Positions 8,444-17,330 of a stretch of DNA of 64,000 nt are shown one piece after another. The translations under genes and the position numbers were made by a program. The notes beneath the pieces are model-generated. The model was given only the letters and a program-made list of their open reading frames with translations. It was not told where the DNA came from and did not search any database. The stretch's first letter is position 1; each line of letters starts with the position of its first letter. The stretch comes from an uncultured Anaerolineaceae bacterium (GTDB lineage Bacteria; Chloroflexota; Anaerolineae; Anaerolineales; Anaerolineaceae). Location of the stretch: NCBI GenBank assembly GCA_937897615.1, contig CALCNO010000046.1, forward strand, positions 9,463 to 73,462, given 5' to 3'.

Positions 8444-9766
8444 ATGTTTGAAAATCTGACCAGCCGATTGAACGATGTGTTTCAGCAATTGCGCCGGCGC
8501 GGCAAGTTAACCGCAGCCGACGTGGATGCCATGCTGCGCGAGGTACGCCTGGCGTTGCTTGAAGCCGACGTCAATTACGGCGTGGTCAAGGACTTTATTC
8601 AGCGGGTACGCGAAAGAGCAGTGGGTGCTGAGGTTTCAAAGGCGCTTAACCCGGCGCAGCAAGTAATCAAGATTGTTAATGATGAATTGATCGCCACGCT
8701 TGGCGAACCGGCCAAGCTGAATCTCTCAGGGGTTAAACCCTATGCGATCATGCTGGTGGGTTTGCAGGGTTCCGGCAAAACCACCGCAGCCGCCAAACTG
8801 GCGCGCAAGCTGCGCTCTGAAGGCGAACGGGTGCTCCTGGTGGCCTGCGACCCTTATCGTCCGGCAGCGATCAAGCAGCTCCAGACACTTGGCGAGCGCA
8901 TTGGCGTGGAAGTGATGACCGAAGACGGTGTCAAGCCGCCGCAACTGGCTGCGCGTGCTTTTGATAAAGCACAAAAGGGCGGCTATACCGTGGTGATCCT
9001 GGATACCGCCGGGCGTTCGCAGCTTGACCAGCCATTGATGGATGAATTGTTGGCGATCACCAAAAAGGTCAAGCTGGTGGATATTTTGTTGGTGGTAGAT
9101 GCCATGACCGGCCAGGAAGCGCTGCACATTGCCGAGGGCTTCCGTGATACCGTCAAAATCACCGGCCTCATCTTTACTAAAATGGATGGTGATGCCCGGG
9201 GCGGTGCGGCTATTTCGGTGCGCAGCGTCACCGGTGTGCCGATCAAATATCTGGGTGTGGGCGAGGGCGTGGATGCCCTGGAAGCCTACGACCCGCAGCG
9301 ATTGTCTTCCCGAATTTTGGGAATGGGTGATATGATTGGGTTTATTGAGAAGGCAGAAGCCGCTTTCGATCAAAAGATCGAAAAGGAAGAAGCCGAGCGG
9401 ATGCTCAAGGGAAAGTTCACCCTGGAGGATTTCGCCAATCAACTGAAACAGATCCGCAAGATGGGCCCGTTCTCACAGATTCTGGATATGCTGCCGGGCG
9501 GAATGGGCAAAATGGCAGAAAAGGTCTCCCCTGAAGAGACGGAAACCCGCCTAAAGCTGACGGAAGCCATCCTCAATTCGATGACGCGGCAGGAACGCCG
9601 CGACCCCGATATCCTCAATGCCTCGCGGCGCCGCAGGATTGCCCGGGGAGCCGGTACGGAGGTACAGGAAGTCAATCGCATCCTCAAGCAGTTCAGGGAT
9701 GCACAAAAGTTGATGAAGACACTTCAGAAAACAGGCGGGCGAGGAATTCCCCGTATGTTCAAGTGA
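8444..9766 (+). CDS. ffh: Signal recognition particle protein Ffh
   Basis: N domain, SRP54 GTPase with P-loop GLQGSGKTT, DTAGR and TKMDGD motifs, and a Met-rich M domain. Confidence 0.97.
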   Translation: MFENLTSRLNDVFQQLRRRGKLTAADVDAMLREVRLALLEADVNYGVVKDFIQRVRERAVGAEVSKALNPAQQVIKIVNDELIATLGEPAKLNLSGVKPYAIMLVGLQGSGKTTAAAKLARKLRSEGERVLLVACDPYRPAAIKQLQTLGERIGVEVMTEDGVKPPQLAARAFDKAQKGGYTVVILDTAGRSQLDQPLMDELLAITKKVKLVDILLVVDAMTGQEALHIAEGFRDTVKITGLIFTKMDGDARGGAAISVRSVTGVPIKYLGVGEGVDALEAYDPQRLSSRILGMGDMIGFIEKAEAAFDQKIEKEEAERMLKGKFTLEDFANQLKQIRKMGPFSQILDMLPGGMGKMAEKVSPEETETRLKLTEAILNSMTRQERRDPDILNASRRRRIARGAGTEVQEVNRILKQFRDAQKLMKTLQKTGGRGIPRMFK

Positions 9767-9872
9767 TCAAAATGAAAACGGCGGTTTGCGCACCCTTCAG
9801 CGCCCCTCGCCAAGGTGGATTTTTGAGTCACGCAAATTTGATCATTTTTAGTTGAAAACAGGAGAAATACAA

Positions 9873-10211
9873 ATGGTAAGAATTCGTTTGCGCAGAACAG
9901 GTTTACGGCACCAGCCCACCTACCGTGTGGTGGTGGCAGATAAAGAAAGCCCGCGTGACGGCAAATTCCTTGAGATCATTGGGTCTTATGTTCCTACCAC
10001 CGAACCATTCACTCTTGAGGTGAAGGAAGACCGCGCCTATGAGTGGATGCAGAAGGGTGCTGTCCCCAGTGAATCGGTGGTCAAGCTCTTCAAGTCTGTT
10101 GGGCTGATGGAGCGCTTTGAGCGCTTCAAAAAAGGTGAGGCGGTTGAAACCCTGCTGGCCGAAGCCGAAAAGGCGATGCAGCAGCGTTCCTCCCTGGCCA
10201 AAGCCAAGTAG
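9873..10211 (+). CDS. rpsP: 30S ribosomal protein S16
   Basis: Start at MVRIRLRR (canonical S16 N-terminus) with GGAGA upstream. Conserved position after ffh. Confidence 0.93.
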   Translation: MVRIRLRRTGLRHQPTYRVVVADKESPRDGKFLEIIGSYVPTTEPFTLEVKEDRAYEWMQKGAVPSESVVKLFKSVGLMERFERFKKGEAVETLLAEAEKAMQQRSSLAKAK

Positions 10212-10274
10212 TCAATGAATCATTTCAAAAGTTCTGCTTACAACCCTCCACGCACAACAGTGGAAGGAGGCTCT

Positions 10275-10511
10275 GTGAAAGAATTGATTGAATACGTTGC
10301 GTTAAGCCTTGTGGACGACCCATCACAGGTTTCCGTTTCGCAGTATCGTTCCGGTGGCAAAGAGAACCTGGAACTGCACGTTGCCCGTGAGGATATGGGC
10401 AGGGTGATCGGCAAGGGTGGGCGGGTGGCCAATGCCATGCGTGTGCTTCTGCGCGTAGCCGCAGCCCGCGAGGGAAAGCAAGCCTCGCTGGATGTTGCTG
10501 AACCAAAATGA
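10275..10511 (+). CDS. KH-domain RNA-binding protein (YlqC/UPF0109 family)
   Basis: GTG start at 10275 preceded by GAAGGAGG gives a ~78-aa protein, VKELIEYV...GRVIGKGGRVANAMR (GxxG KH motif). The track ATG at 10215 is an alternative. Conserved rpsP-KH-rimM order. Confidence 0.8.
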   Translation: MKELIEYVALSLVDDPSQVSVSQYRSGGKENLELHVAREDMGRVIGKGGRVANAMRVLLRVAAAREGKQASLDVAEPK

Positions 10512-11068
10512 GCCCGGCACCAACAACCCGAAAACGTGAACAACCTACTTCAGGCTCGCCCAGGTCGGGCGAGCCTGTGTACTTAACTTTAGGCAAATTG
10601 CGCCGCACGCATGGCCTCAAAGGAGATCTCTTGCTGGAAGTGTTTACCGATAACCCGCAGATGATCAAGCCAGGACTTCAGGTTTATGTCGGGCACTCTC
10701 ACCAGTCTTTGAAGGTGGCGGCGGCTCGAGAAAATGGTAACACCATGCTCATTTGCTTTGAGGGGGTTGAAGACTGCGATCAGGCGGCAGCCTTCCGCAA
10801 CCAGTTTGTGATGATCAAAACAAGTGATGCCGACCCGCTTGAGGATGGGCGGTTTTATCACCATGAAGTGGTCGGTATGCAGGTGTTCGACGAGAACGGG
10901 GGATTGGTCGGCATGCTCGCCGAAATCATTACCACCGGTGCCAATGATGTGTACGTGGTACAACCGGAAAATGGGGATGAGATTCTGATCCCGGCCGTGA
11001 AGGAATTCATTAAGGATATTGACCGAGGAAGCAAACGAATGACTGTCCGGCTTCCTCAATGGGAATGA
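10508..11068 (+). CDS. rimM: 16S rRNA processing protein RimM
   Basis: GKLRRTHGLKGDLLLEVFTD N-terminal RimM motif and a PRC-barrel C-terminus. ATGA overlap with the KH gene. Confidence 0.88.
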   Translation: MSPAPTTRKREQPTSGSPRSGEPVYLTLGKLRRTHGLKGDLLLEVFTDNPQMIKPGLQVYVGHSHQSLKVAAARENGNTMLICFEGVEDCDQAAAFRNQFVMIKTSDADPLEDGRFYHHEVVGMQVFDENGGLVGMLAEIITTGANDVYVVQPENGDEILIPAVKEFIKDIDRGSKRMTVRLPQWE

Positions 11069-11075
11069 ACCACAA

Positions 11076-12194
11076 GTGGATTCAAAAGCCTATTGGGTGG
11101 GGTTCAATACTGTCAGGGGCATCGGTGCGGTACGCATGCGCCGGCTGCTGGATTTTTTTGGCTCGGCAGAAACGGCCTGGAATGCACCGACCGAGGGTTT
11201 GATTGCCGCCGGACTTCCCGGTAAAGTGGTGGAAAACTTTCTCACTGCACGTAAAAGCATTGATCTGGACCGCCTGATGGATACTTTGCACCAGAAAGAT
11301 GTGCGCGTCTTCACCATTGAGGATAGCGACTACCCCCGGCGTTTGCGCGAGATTGACCAACCGCCGCCGGTACTTTATGTGAAAGGCTCGATCAATGTGG
11401 AAGATGACTGGGCCGTGGCAGTTGTGGGCACCCGGCGCGTTACCGCTTACGGGCGGCAGGTGGCAACCGAGCTGGCGGCTTTTCTGGCGCACAACGGTAT
11501 TACCGTGATCAGCGGCCTGGCGCGCGGTGTGGACGCCATAGCACACCAGGGAGCCCTCAAAGCGGGAGGCCGTACTCTGGCGGTGTTGGGCAGTGGGGTG
11601 GACGTAATTTATCCACCGGAACATACCAAATTAGCGATGGAGATTTGTGCACAGGGAGCGCTGGTGAGCGATTATGCCCTCGGCACAAAACCGGATGGGG
11701 TAAATTTTCCGCCGCGCAACCGCATCATCTCCGGCCTGTCTCTGGCTACGATTGTGGTGGAAGCCGGCGAGACGAGCGGTGCCTTGATCACCGCCGAGTT
11801 TGCCGTTGAGCAAGGCAAGGAAGTCTTTGCTGTCCCTGGCAGCATACTGGCGCCGCAGAGCGAGGGCACCAATAAGCTGATCGAACAGGGTGCGCGGCCA
11901 TTGCTGCGGATGAGTGAGATCCTTGACGTTCTCAAGCTGGAGAAAATTCCTGAGAAGCAGAGCAGCCGCAGAGAATTCCCTGTGGATGCAGTAGAGGCAA
12001 AGTTGCTTGCGGCGCTATCCCAGGAACCGGTGCATATTGACGAAGTGTGCCGTCTGACAAAAATGCCAATTAATGAAGTATCTGCATTGCTAACGATGTT
12101 AGAATTAAAAGGAATGGTCTCCCAGGTAGGCGGCATGAGTTATGTCGCCATACGCGATGAGAAAGGAAAATACCTGACGCATGCAAGCAATTGA
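11076..12194 (+). CDS. dprA: DNA-processing protein DprA (Smf)
   Basis: Rossmann-like DprA core (VVGTRRVTAYG, ISGLARGVDAIAHQGAL, PPRNRIISGL) plus a C-terminal winged-helix-like domain. Confidence 0.9.
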   Translation: MDSKAYWVGFNTVRGIGAVRMRRLLDFFGSAETAWNAPTEGLIAAGLPGKVVENFLTARKSIDLDRLMDTLHQKDVRVFTIEDSDYPRRLREIDQPPPVLYVKGSINVEDDWAVAVVGTRRVTAYGRQVATELAAFLAHNGITVISGLARGVDAIAHQGALKAGGRTLAVLGSGVDVIYPPEHTKLAMEICAQGALVSDYALGTKPDGVNFPPRNRIISGLSLATIVVEAGETSGALITAEFAVEQGKEVFAVPGSILAPQSEGTNKLIEQGARPLLRMSEILDVLKLEKIPEKQSSRREFPVDAVEAKLLAALSQEPVHIDEVCRLTKMPINEVSALLTMLELKGMVSQVGGMSYVAIRDEKGKYLTHASN

Positions 12195-13278
12195 TCATGC
12201 CTATGCAGTCATCATGGCCGGCGGCGGTGGCACCAGATTGTGGCCGCTCTCCCGCAAGGAAACCCCCAAACAGTTACTGGGCATTTTTGGCGGCAAGACC
12301 CTTTTCGAGATTGCCATTGAGCGGCTGGATGGTTTATTCCCATCGGAAAACATCCTTATTGTCACGGTTGCCGAGCAAGCCCAAAAACTGATGCAGCTGG
12401 CACCGCAGATACCCGCTGAGAATTATCTGCTGGAGCCGATGCCGCGCGGTACGGCTGCCGTGGTGGCTTTGGGTGCGGCTGCCATTGCCAAAAAGGACCC
12501 TCAGGGGATCATGGTAGTATTGACCGCCGATCACTTTATCCAGAATGTGGCCAAATTCCACTTGCTTTTGGCCTCCGCATGCATGTGCGCTGAAAGCGGG
12601 CAGCTGGTGACGCTGGGGATAGCCCCCACTTTTGCCGCAACAGGGTATGGCTACATCGAGACCGGTGAACTGGCGGGGTCATTCCTGTCGAAAAATGCTT
12701 TCAGGGTTGCGCGCTTTGAGGAAAAGCCAGGTGAAGAACGAGCGCAGACCTTTGTCGAAAGCGGCAGATACTTTTGGAATTCCGGTATGTTCATCTGGCA
12801 GGCCTCTGTGATCCTTGAGGAGATCAAACGTTATTTACCTGCTTTATCCAACACCATCGAGCGGCTTACTTCGCTGATTGGCCGCGACCATGCGTCTTCC
12901 GAATTTCGCACTGCCTGGGAAGCCATCCATCCCGAAACGATCGATTACGGTATCATGGAAAAATCGCATAAAGTGGTGGTCTTTCCGGTGAGCGAGCTTG
13001 GCTGGAATGATGTAGGGAGTTGGGATTCCCTGTTTGAGGTGATGCCGGCGGATAAGGACGGAAACATTCTGCTTGGCGGTAAAATTGTGGCGTTGAATAG
13101 CGGGAATTCCCTTGTTTATTCCGGGGACGAGCATAAGCTGGTTGTCCCTCTGGGTGTTCAAAACATGATCATTGTCAATACCCCCGATGCGCTGTTGATG
13201 TGTCCGCGCGGGGAGAGCGAGCAAGTTAAAAAACTGGTGGAATACCTGAAAACAAACCACTATACTCTTTTTTTGTAG
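12181..13278 (+). CDS. Mannose-1-phosphate guanylyltransferase-like sugar nucleotidyltransferase
   Basis: N-terminal VIMAGGGGTRLWPLSR nucleotidyltransferase signature. ~365 aa without a PMI cupin domain. Confidence 0.8.
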   Translation: MQAIDHAYAVIMAGGGGTRLWPLSRKETPKQLLGIFGGKTLFEIAIERLDGLFPSENILIVTVAEQAQKLMQLAPQIPAENYLLEPMPRGTAAVVALGAAAIAKKDPQGIMVVLTADHFIQNVAKFHLLLASACMCAESGQLVTLGIAPTFAATGYGYIETGELAGSFLSKNAFRVARFEEKPGEERAQTFVESGRYFWNSGMFIWQASVILEEIKRYLPALSNTIERLTSLIGRDHASSEFRTAWEAIHPETIDYGIMEKSHKVVVFPVSELGWNDVGSWDSLFEVMPADKDGNILLGGKIVALNSGNSLVYSGDEHKLVVPLGVQNMIIVNTPDALLMCPRGESEQVKKLVEYLKTNHYTLFL

Positions 13279-13288
13279 GAGCAGTGCC

Positions 13289-15586
13289 ATGGAAGCCTAT
13301 TGCGTAAAATGTAAAGCGAAACGTGAGATTCTTGATCCGGTGGCGGAGTTTAATGCTAAGGGTACTCCGGTCACACGGGGTAAGTGCGCCGTGTGCGGTA
13401 CCAGCCTCTATCGCATGGGGGGCACCCCGGCCCATCAGGGGATGGAAAGACCCGCCCCAAAGGTCAAGCAGCGCAGCGGCAAGCTGGTGATCGTTGAGTC
13501 TCCGGCCAAGGCAAAGACGGTGGGGCGTTTTTTGGGAAAGGGCTATACCGTGAAAGCCTCCGTGGGGCATGTGCGCGATCTGCTGCGCTCTGAACTCTCG
13601 GTGGATGTGGAAAACAACTTTACCCCCAAGTATCGCGTGCCGAACGAAAAACGCCTGGTGGTAAAGGAATTGAAGGCGCTGGCCAAAGATGCCGAACAGA
13701 TTTACCTGGCTACCGACCCCGACCGCGAAGGGGAGGCCATTGCCTGGCACCTGATGGAAGCGGCGCAGATCGAGCCCAAACTCTCTCAGCGCGTGGTGTT
13801 CCATGAGATCACTGAAGGGGCAATCAACGAGGCATTTGCCAGTCCACGCGAGATCAATATGGATTTGGTGGATGCGCAGCAGGCACGGCGCGTATTGGAC
13901 CGCCTGGTGGGTTATTCCATCAGCCCGGTGCTGTGGGAAAAGGTGCGCAGCCGCCTTTCTGCCGGGCGTGTGCAATCGGTGGCCTTACGGTTGATCGTGG
14001 AACGCGAGCGTGAAATCGAAGCGTTCAATCCGGTGGAGTATTGGTCAATTGAGGCTGAGCTTTCGCCGGAAACCAAAAAGACCACTTACCTTACCAAACT
14101 GGCCAAAATTGATGAAAAAGACCCTGAGCTATCAAATCAGGAAGTCACCGAGGGCTACCTGCACGACCTGGAAGGCGCGGGGTTTACCATCACGAAGATC
14201 AAGCGCAGCGAACGGCGCCGCAAACCTTCTGCGCCTTTCATTACCAGCACGCTGCAGCAAGAAGCCTCACGGCGGCTGGGGTATACCGCACGCCGTGCTA
14301 TGATGATTGCGCAACAGTTGTACGAAGGTATTGACCTGGGAGAGGGCACGGTTGGTTTAATTACCTACATGCGCACCGACTCAACCAACGTGGCTGAAGT
14401 GGCCGTCAACGAGACACGCGAATTCATTAAGATGACCTATGGCGAGAGTTTTCTGCCCGCTACTGCACCGACCTATAAAACGCGCGCGGTTTCGGCGCAG
14501 GAAGCCCACGAGGCCGTCCGCCCCACTTCCGTGCTGCGCCAACCGGAAAAGATCAAGGAATTCCTTTCGCCTGAGCAATTCAAACTCTATCAACTTATCT
14601 GGCAGCGTTTTGTGGCTTCGCAGATGGAATCGGCGGTGTACGATACCCTTTCTGTGGAAGTGACTGCCGATGGCAAGGCACATCAATATCTCTTCCGCGC
14701 TTCTGGCTCCACCATCAAATTCCCCGGCTTTCTCATTGTTTATGAAGAGGCAGCCGATGAAGACCAGAAGTCAGATGAACCCGAAAACATTAAGATTCCG
14801 GCGGGGCTGGAAGAAGGCCAGAAACAGCGCCTGATGCGCCTGATCCCCGAGCAGCACTTTACCCAACCGCCCCCGCGCTATACCGAGGCTACCCTGGTGC
14901 AGGTGCTTGAAGAATACGGCATCGGCCGTCCTTCAACTTATGCACCAATTCTTTCCACCATTCAACAGCGCGGCTACGTCACCCGCGAAGCCAAACGCCT
15001 TTTCCCCACCGAAACTGGCATTCTGGTAAACGACCTGGTGGTCAACCACTTCCCGGATATTGTGGATCTCCAATTTACCGCCAATATGGAATCCGAACTG
15101 GACCAGGTGGCAGACGGCAAGGTGGACTGGACGAAGGTGATTGGTGAGTTTTACACCAAGTTTGAACCGACGGTGAAAAAGGCCCAGGCAGAGATGCCGG
15201 TTTCCAAGACCGAACCTGAAAAGATTGGCAGGCTGTGCCCGGATTGCGGTCACGATCTGGTGATCCGCTGGGGGCGTTACGGAAAATTTATCAGCTGCTC
15301 CAATTTCCCTACCTGCCGCCACACAGAGGCGCTGTTGGAGAAAATTGGCGTCACCTGTCCCAAGGATGGCGGCGATGTGGTATTGCGCAAGACCCGCAAA
15401 GGCAGAATCTTCTACGCATGTTCCAATTATCCCAACTGCGACTTTACTAGTTGGAAGCGCCCGGTTGCCAAACCTTGCCCCAACTGCGGCGGCATGCTGG
15501 TGATTGCCAACAAAAAGGAAGTACAGTGCACCAAGTGCGAGGAGACCTTCCTGGTGGAGCAAATTGGTGATGTAATCACCGAGTAG
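13289..15586 (+). CDS. topA: DNA topoisomerase I with an extra N-terminal Cys4 zinc ribbon
   Basis: Toprim start KLVIVESPAKAKTVGRFLG begins only at residue ~65. Catalytic core present (ITYMRTDS), with three C-terminal zinc fingers. The N-terminal 45 aa carry CVKC...CAVC. Confidence 0.95.
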   Translation: MEAYCVKCKAKREILDPVAEFNAKGTPVTRGKCAVCGTSLYRMGGTPAHQGMERPAPKVKQRSGKLVIVESPAKAKTVGRFLGKGYTVKASVGHVRDLLRSELSVDVENNFTPKYRVPNEKRLVVKELKALAKDAEQIYLATDPDREGEAIAWHLMEAAQIEPKLSQRVVFHEITEGAINEAFASPREINMDLVDAQQARRVLDRLVGYSISPVLWEKVRSRLSAGRVQSVALRLIVEREREIEAFNPVEYWSIEAELSPETKKTTYLTKLAKIDEKDPELSNQEVTEGYLHDLEGAGFTITKIKRSERRRKPSAPFITSTLQQEASRRLGYTARRAMMIAQQLYEGIDLGEGTVGLITYMRTDSTNVAEVAVNETREFIKMTYGESFLPATAPTYKTRAVSAQEAHEAVRPTSVLRQPEKIKEFLSPEQFKLYQLIWQRFVASQMESAVYDTLSVEVTADGKAHQYLFRASGSTIKFPGFLIVYEEAADEDQKSDEPENIKIPAGLEEGQKQRLMRLIPEQHFTQPPPRYTEATLVQVLEEYGIGRPSTYAPILSTIQQRGYVTREAKRLFPTETGILVNDLVVNHFPDIVDLQFTANMESELDQVADGKVDWTKVIGEFYTKFEPTVKKAQAEMPVSKTEPEKIGRLCPDCGHDLVIRWGRYGKFISCSNFPTCRHTEALLEKIGVTCPKDGGDVVLRKTRKGRIFYACSNYPNCDFTSWKRPVAKPCPNCGGMLVIANKKEVQCTKCEETFLVEQIGDVITE

Positions 15587-15680
15587 GCACAGATATTGCA
15601 ACATTTTCGCTAGGTTGCCATTGTGGTGATCGACCTCATGAATCGGCCGGTCTAATTTTCCTTGGCAACAGGAGCGAAAA

Positions 15681-16796
15681 ATGGACAAGATCAAATCGCT
15701 TTTGCAACGTCCTTTGACGGCCGGGATTGTTGGCCTGGTCATTGGGTTGATCATCGGTTTGCCCATTCTTGGTTGGTGGATGTGGCCGGTCAAATGGAAA
15801 GACGCAGATGCCAGCTATCTTCGTGAGGACTTGAAAAAACAATACCTGTGCATGGTGGTTGATTCCTACAAGGTCAACCAGAGCGCAGAACTTGCCCGCG
15901 CCCGCATCGACTCGCTGGGTTTGAACATCAATACTTCTCCGTACATGTTTGATACCCTGCAGAGCGGCGGGTGCTCTTATTCCTCCGGCTCGCCGGAGGT
16001 GGTTGCACTCAAATCCGCACTGCTTTCGGGCTCCACCACCGGCAGCACCACTACTGGTGAGGGTGCTACTACTTCTGTGCCACTGCCGACCACTGCTGCC
16101 ACTACCAGCAAACCCAAGAATTCCTCTGGCCAAACTTTGTTGCTTTCTTTGCTTTGCGCGCTATTCCTCCTTATCGGTGGTGCGCTGGTTTACATCTTCC
16201 TCATCCGCAACCGCAAAAAAGGCGCAGCCGCGGCTGAAGAAGGCGCAGTTGAAGAAGAGTATTTTGAAGAAGAACAACAGCCGGTAAAGGCAGCCAGTTA
16301 TGTGCCCCCCGCGCCTGTTAAAGCTGCTCCTGCTCCTACCAGGACTGTTCCAACAAAAGCGGCTGCATCAAGCCCTGCTGCCCACTTTATGACCACTTAC
16401 GTTGTTGGGGATGACCTCTATGACGATTCCTTCAGTATTGATGATCCCTCTGGCGCATTCCTGGGTGAGTGCGGGGTAGGTATCTCCGACACGATTGGTG
16501 TGGGCGACCCCAAGAAGGTAACGGCCTTTGAAGTGTGGTTGTTCGACAAGAACGATATTCAGACTGTAACAAAGGTGCTGATGAGTTCTCATGCCATGAA
16601 CGATCCGATGATCCGCCAGCGTTTGGCCTCCAAAGGCGATCCGGTGCTGGTGGAACCTGGCCAGCAACTCCTGCTGGAAACCGCTACCTTGCAGTTGGAA
16701 GCCCGCGTCATCGAACTGGTTTACGGGCAGGGAGCCTTGCCATCCGGCAGTTTCTTTGAGCGGCTAACGCTTGAGATTGCTGTTTGGCCTAAGTAA
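15681..16796 (+). CDS. Hypothetical two-pass membrane protein with an unassigned cytoplasmic C-terminal domain
   Basis: AGGAG upstream of the ATG. TM1 at ~res 13-33, S/T-rich spacer, TM2 at ~res 152-175, acidic/Pro-Ala-rich linker, then a ~140-aa C-terminal domain with no motif I recognise. Confidence 0.55.
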   Translation: MDKIKSLLQRPLTAGIVGLVIGLIIGLPILGWWMWPVKWKDADASYLREDLKKQYLCMVVDSYKVNQSAELARARIDSLGLNINTSPYMFDTLQSGGCSYSSGSPEVVALKSALLSGSTTGSTTTGEGATTSVPLPTTAATTSKPKNSSGQTLLLSLLCALFLLIGGALVYIFLIRNRKKGAAAAEEGAVEEEYFEEEQQPVKAASYVPPAPVKAAPAPTRTVPTKAAASSPAAHFMTTYVVGDDLYDDSFSIDDPSGAFLGECGVGISDTIGVGDPKKVTAFEVWLFDKNDIQTVTKVLMSSHAMNDPMIRQRLASKGDPVLVEPGQQLLLETATLQLEARVIELVYGQGALPSGSFFERLTLEIAVWPK

Positions 16797-16803
16797 ATGA
16801 ATC

Positions 16804-16840
16804 AAAATAAAGCCCCCGGTTACCGGGGGCTTTTTGTTTT
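16804..16840. terminator. Bidirectional terminator between the hypothetical membrane protein gene and greA
   Basis: GC-rich stem GCCCCCGG (16812-16819) / CCGGGGGC (16823-16830), flanked by an A-run and a T-run. Confidence 0.8.
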
Positions 16841-17309
16841 ATGCAATCTTTTTGATGGTGAATTTTTTGCTGCCCACAGGAGTAGCTACATCCACGGTTT
16901 CCCCACTGGTGTGTCCGATGAGTGCCTGGCCGATGGGAGAGTTGAAGGACATGCGGCCGTGCATTGGGTCAGCCTCTTGCGAGCCAACGATGGTATAGGT
17001 CATTTCCGGGCCGCTGCCCTCCTGGATGGTGACCGTTGAACCGATCTCCACTTTCCCGCTTGCGGGTTTGTTCTCTTCAATGATCACCACGTTGCGCAGC
17101 AACTGGGTGATATAAGCAATGCGGCCTTCTACGAAACCCTGCTCCTCTTTGGCGGCATGGTAATCGGCATTCTCAGAAAGGTCGCCCATCTGAATGGCGG
17201 AACGCAGGCGCTTTGCCAGTTCCTCACGGACAGTGCCGGTAAGGTGTTCCAGTTCGGCGCGAAGTTTCTTTTCGCCCTCTTCAGTTAAGTAAGTGGCTTG
17301 TTGTTCCAT
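16839..17309 (-). CDS. greA: Transcription elongation factor GreA
   Basis: 156 aa. The coiled-coil N-terminus carries the DLSENADYHAAKEEQ acidic tip. C-terminal globular domain. Confidence 0.95.
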   Translation of the reverse strand: MEQQATYLTEEGEKKLRAELEHLTGTVREELAKRLRSAIQMGDLSENADYHAAKEEQGFVEGRIAYITQLLRNVVIIEENKPASGKVEIGSTVTIQEGSGPEMTYTIVGSQEADPMHGRMSFNSPIGQALIGHTSGETVDVATPVGSKKFTIKKIA

Positions 17310-17330
17310 TTTTACTCCAAAATTCTTGTT

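Noticed and set aside
8444-15586. The ffh-rpsP-KH-rimM cluster is followed by dprA-manC-topA instead of the usual trmD-rplS.
   Set aside because: This is a synteny variation among housekeeping genes. dprA-topA linkage is itself common, and nothing suggests a novel function.
13226-15793. Long minus-strand ORFs (13226-13975, 249 aa; 14933-15793, 286 aa) antisense to manC/topA. Similar antisense ORFs occur at 8726-9442, 22120-22977, 23868-24716, 27780-28529, 31641-32366 and 38323-39147.
   Set aside because: They lie entirely opposite well-supported conserved genes. Their compositions are His/Arg/Gly/Pro-rich and low in complexity, as is typical of reverse-frame translation of GC-rich coding DNA. 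They have no motifs and no ribosome-binding sites, so I treat them as shadow ORFs.
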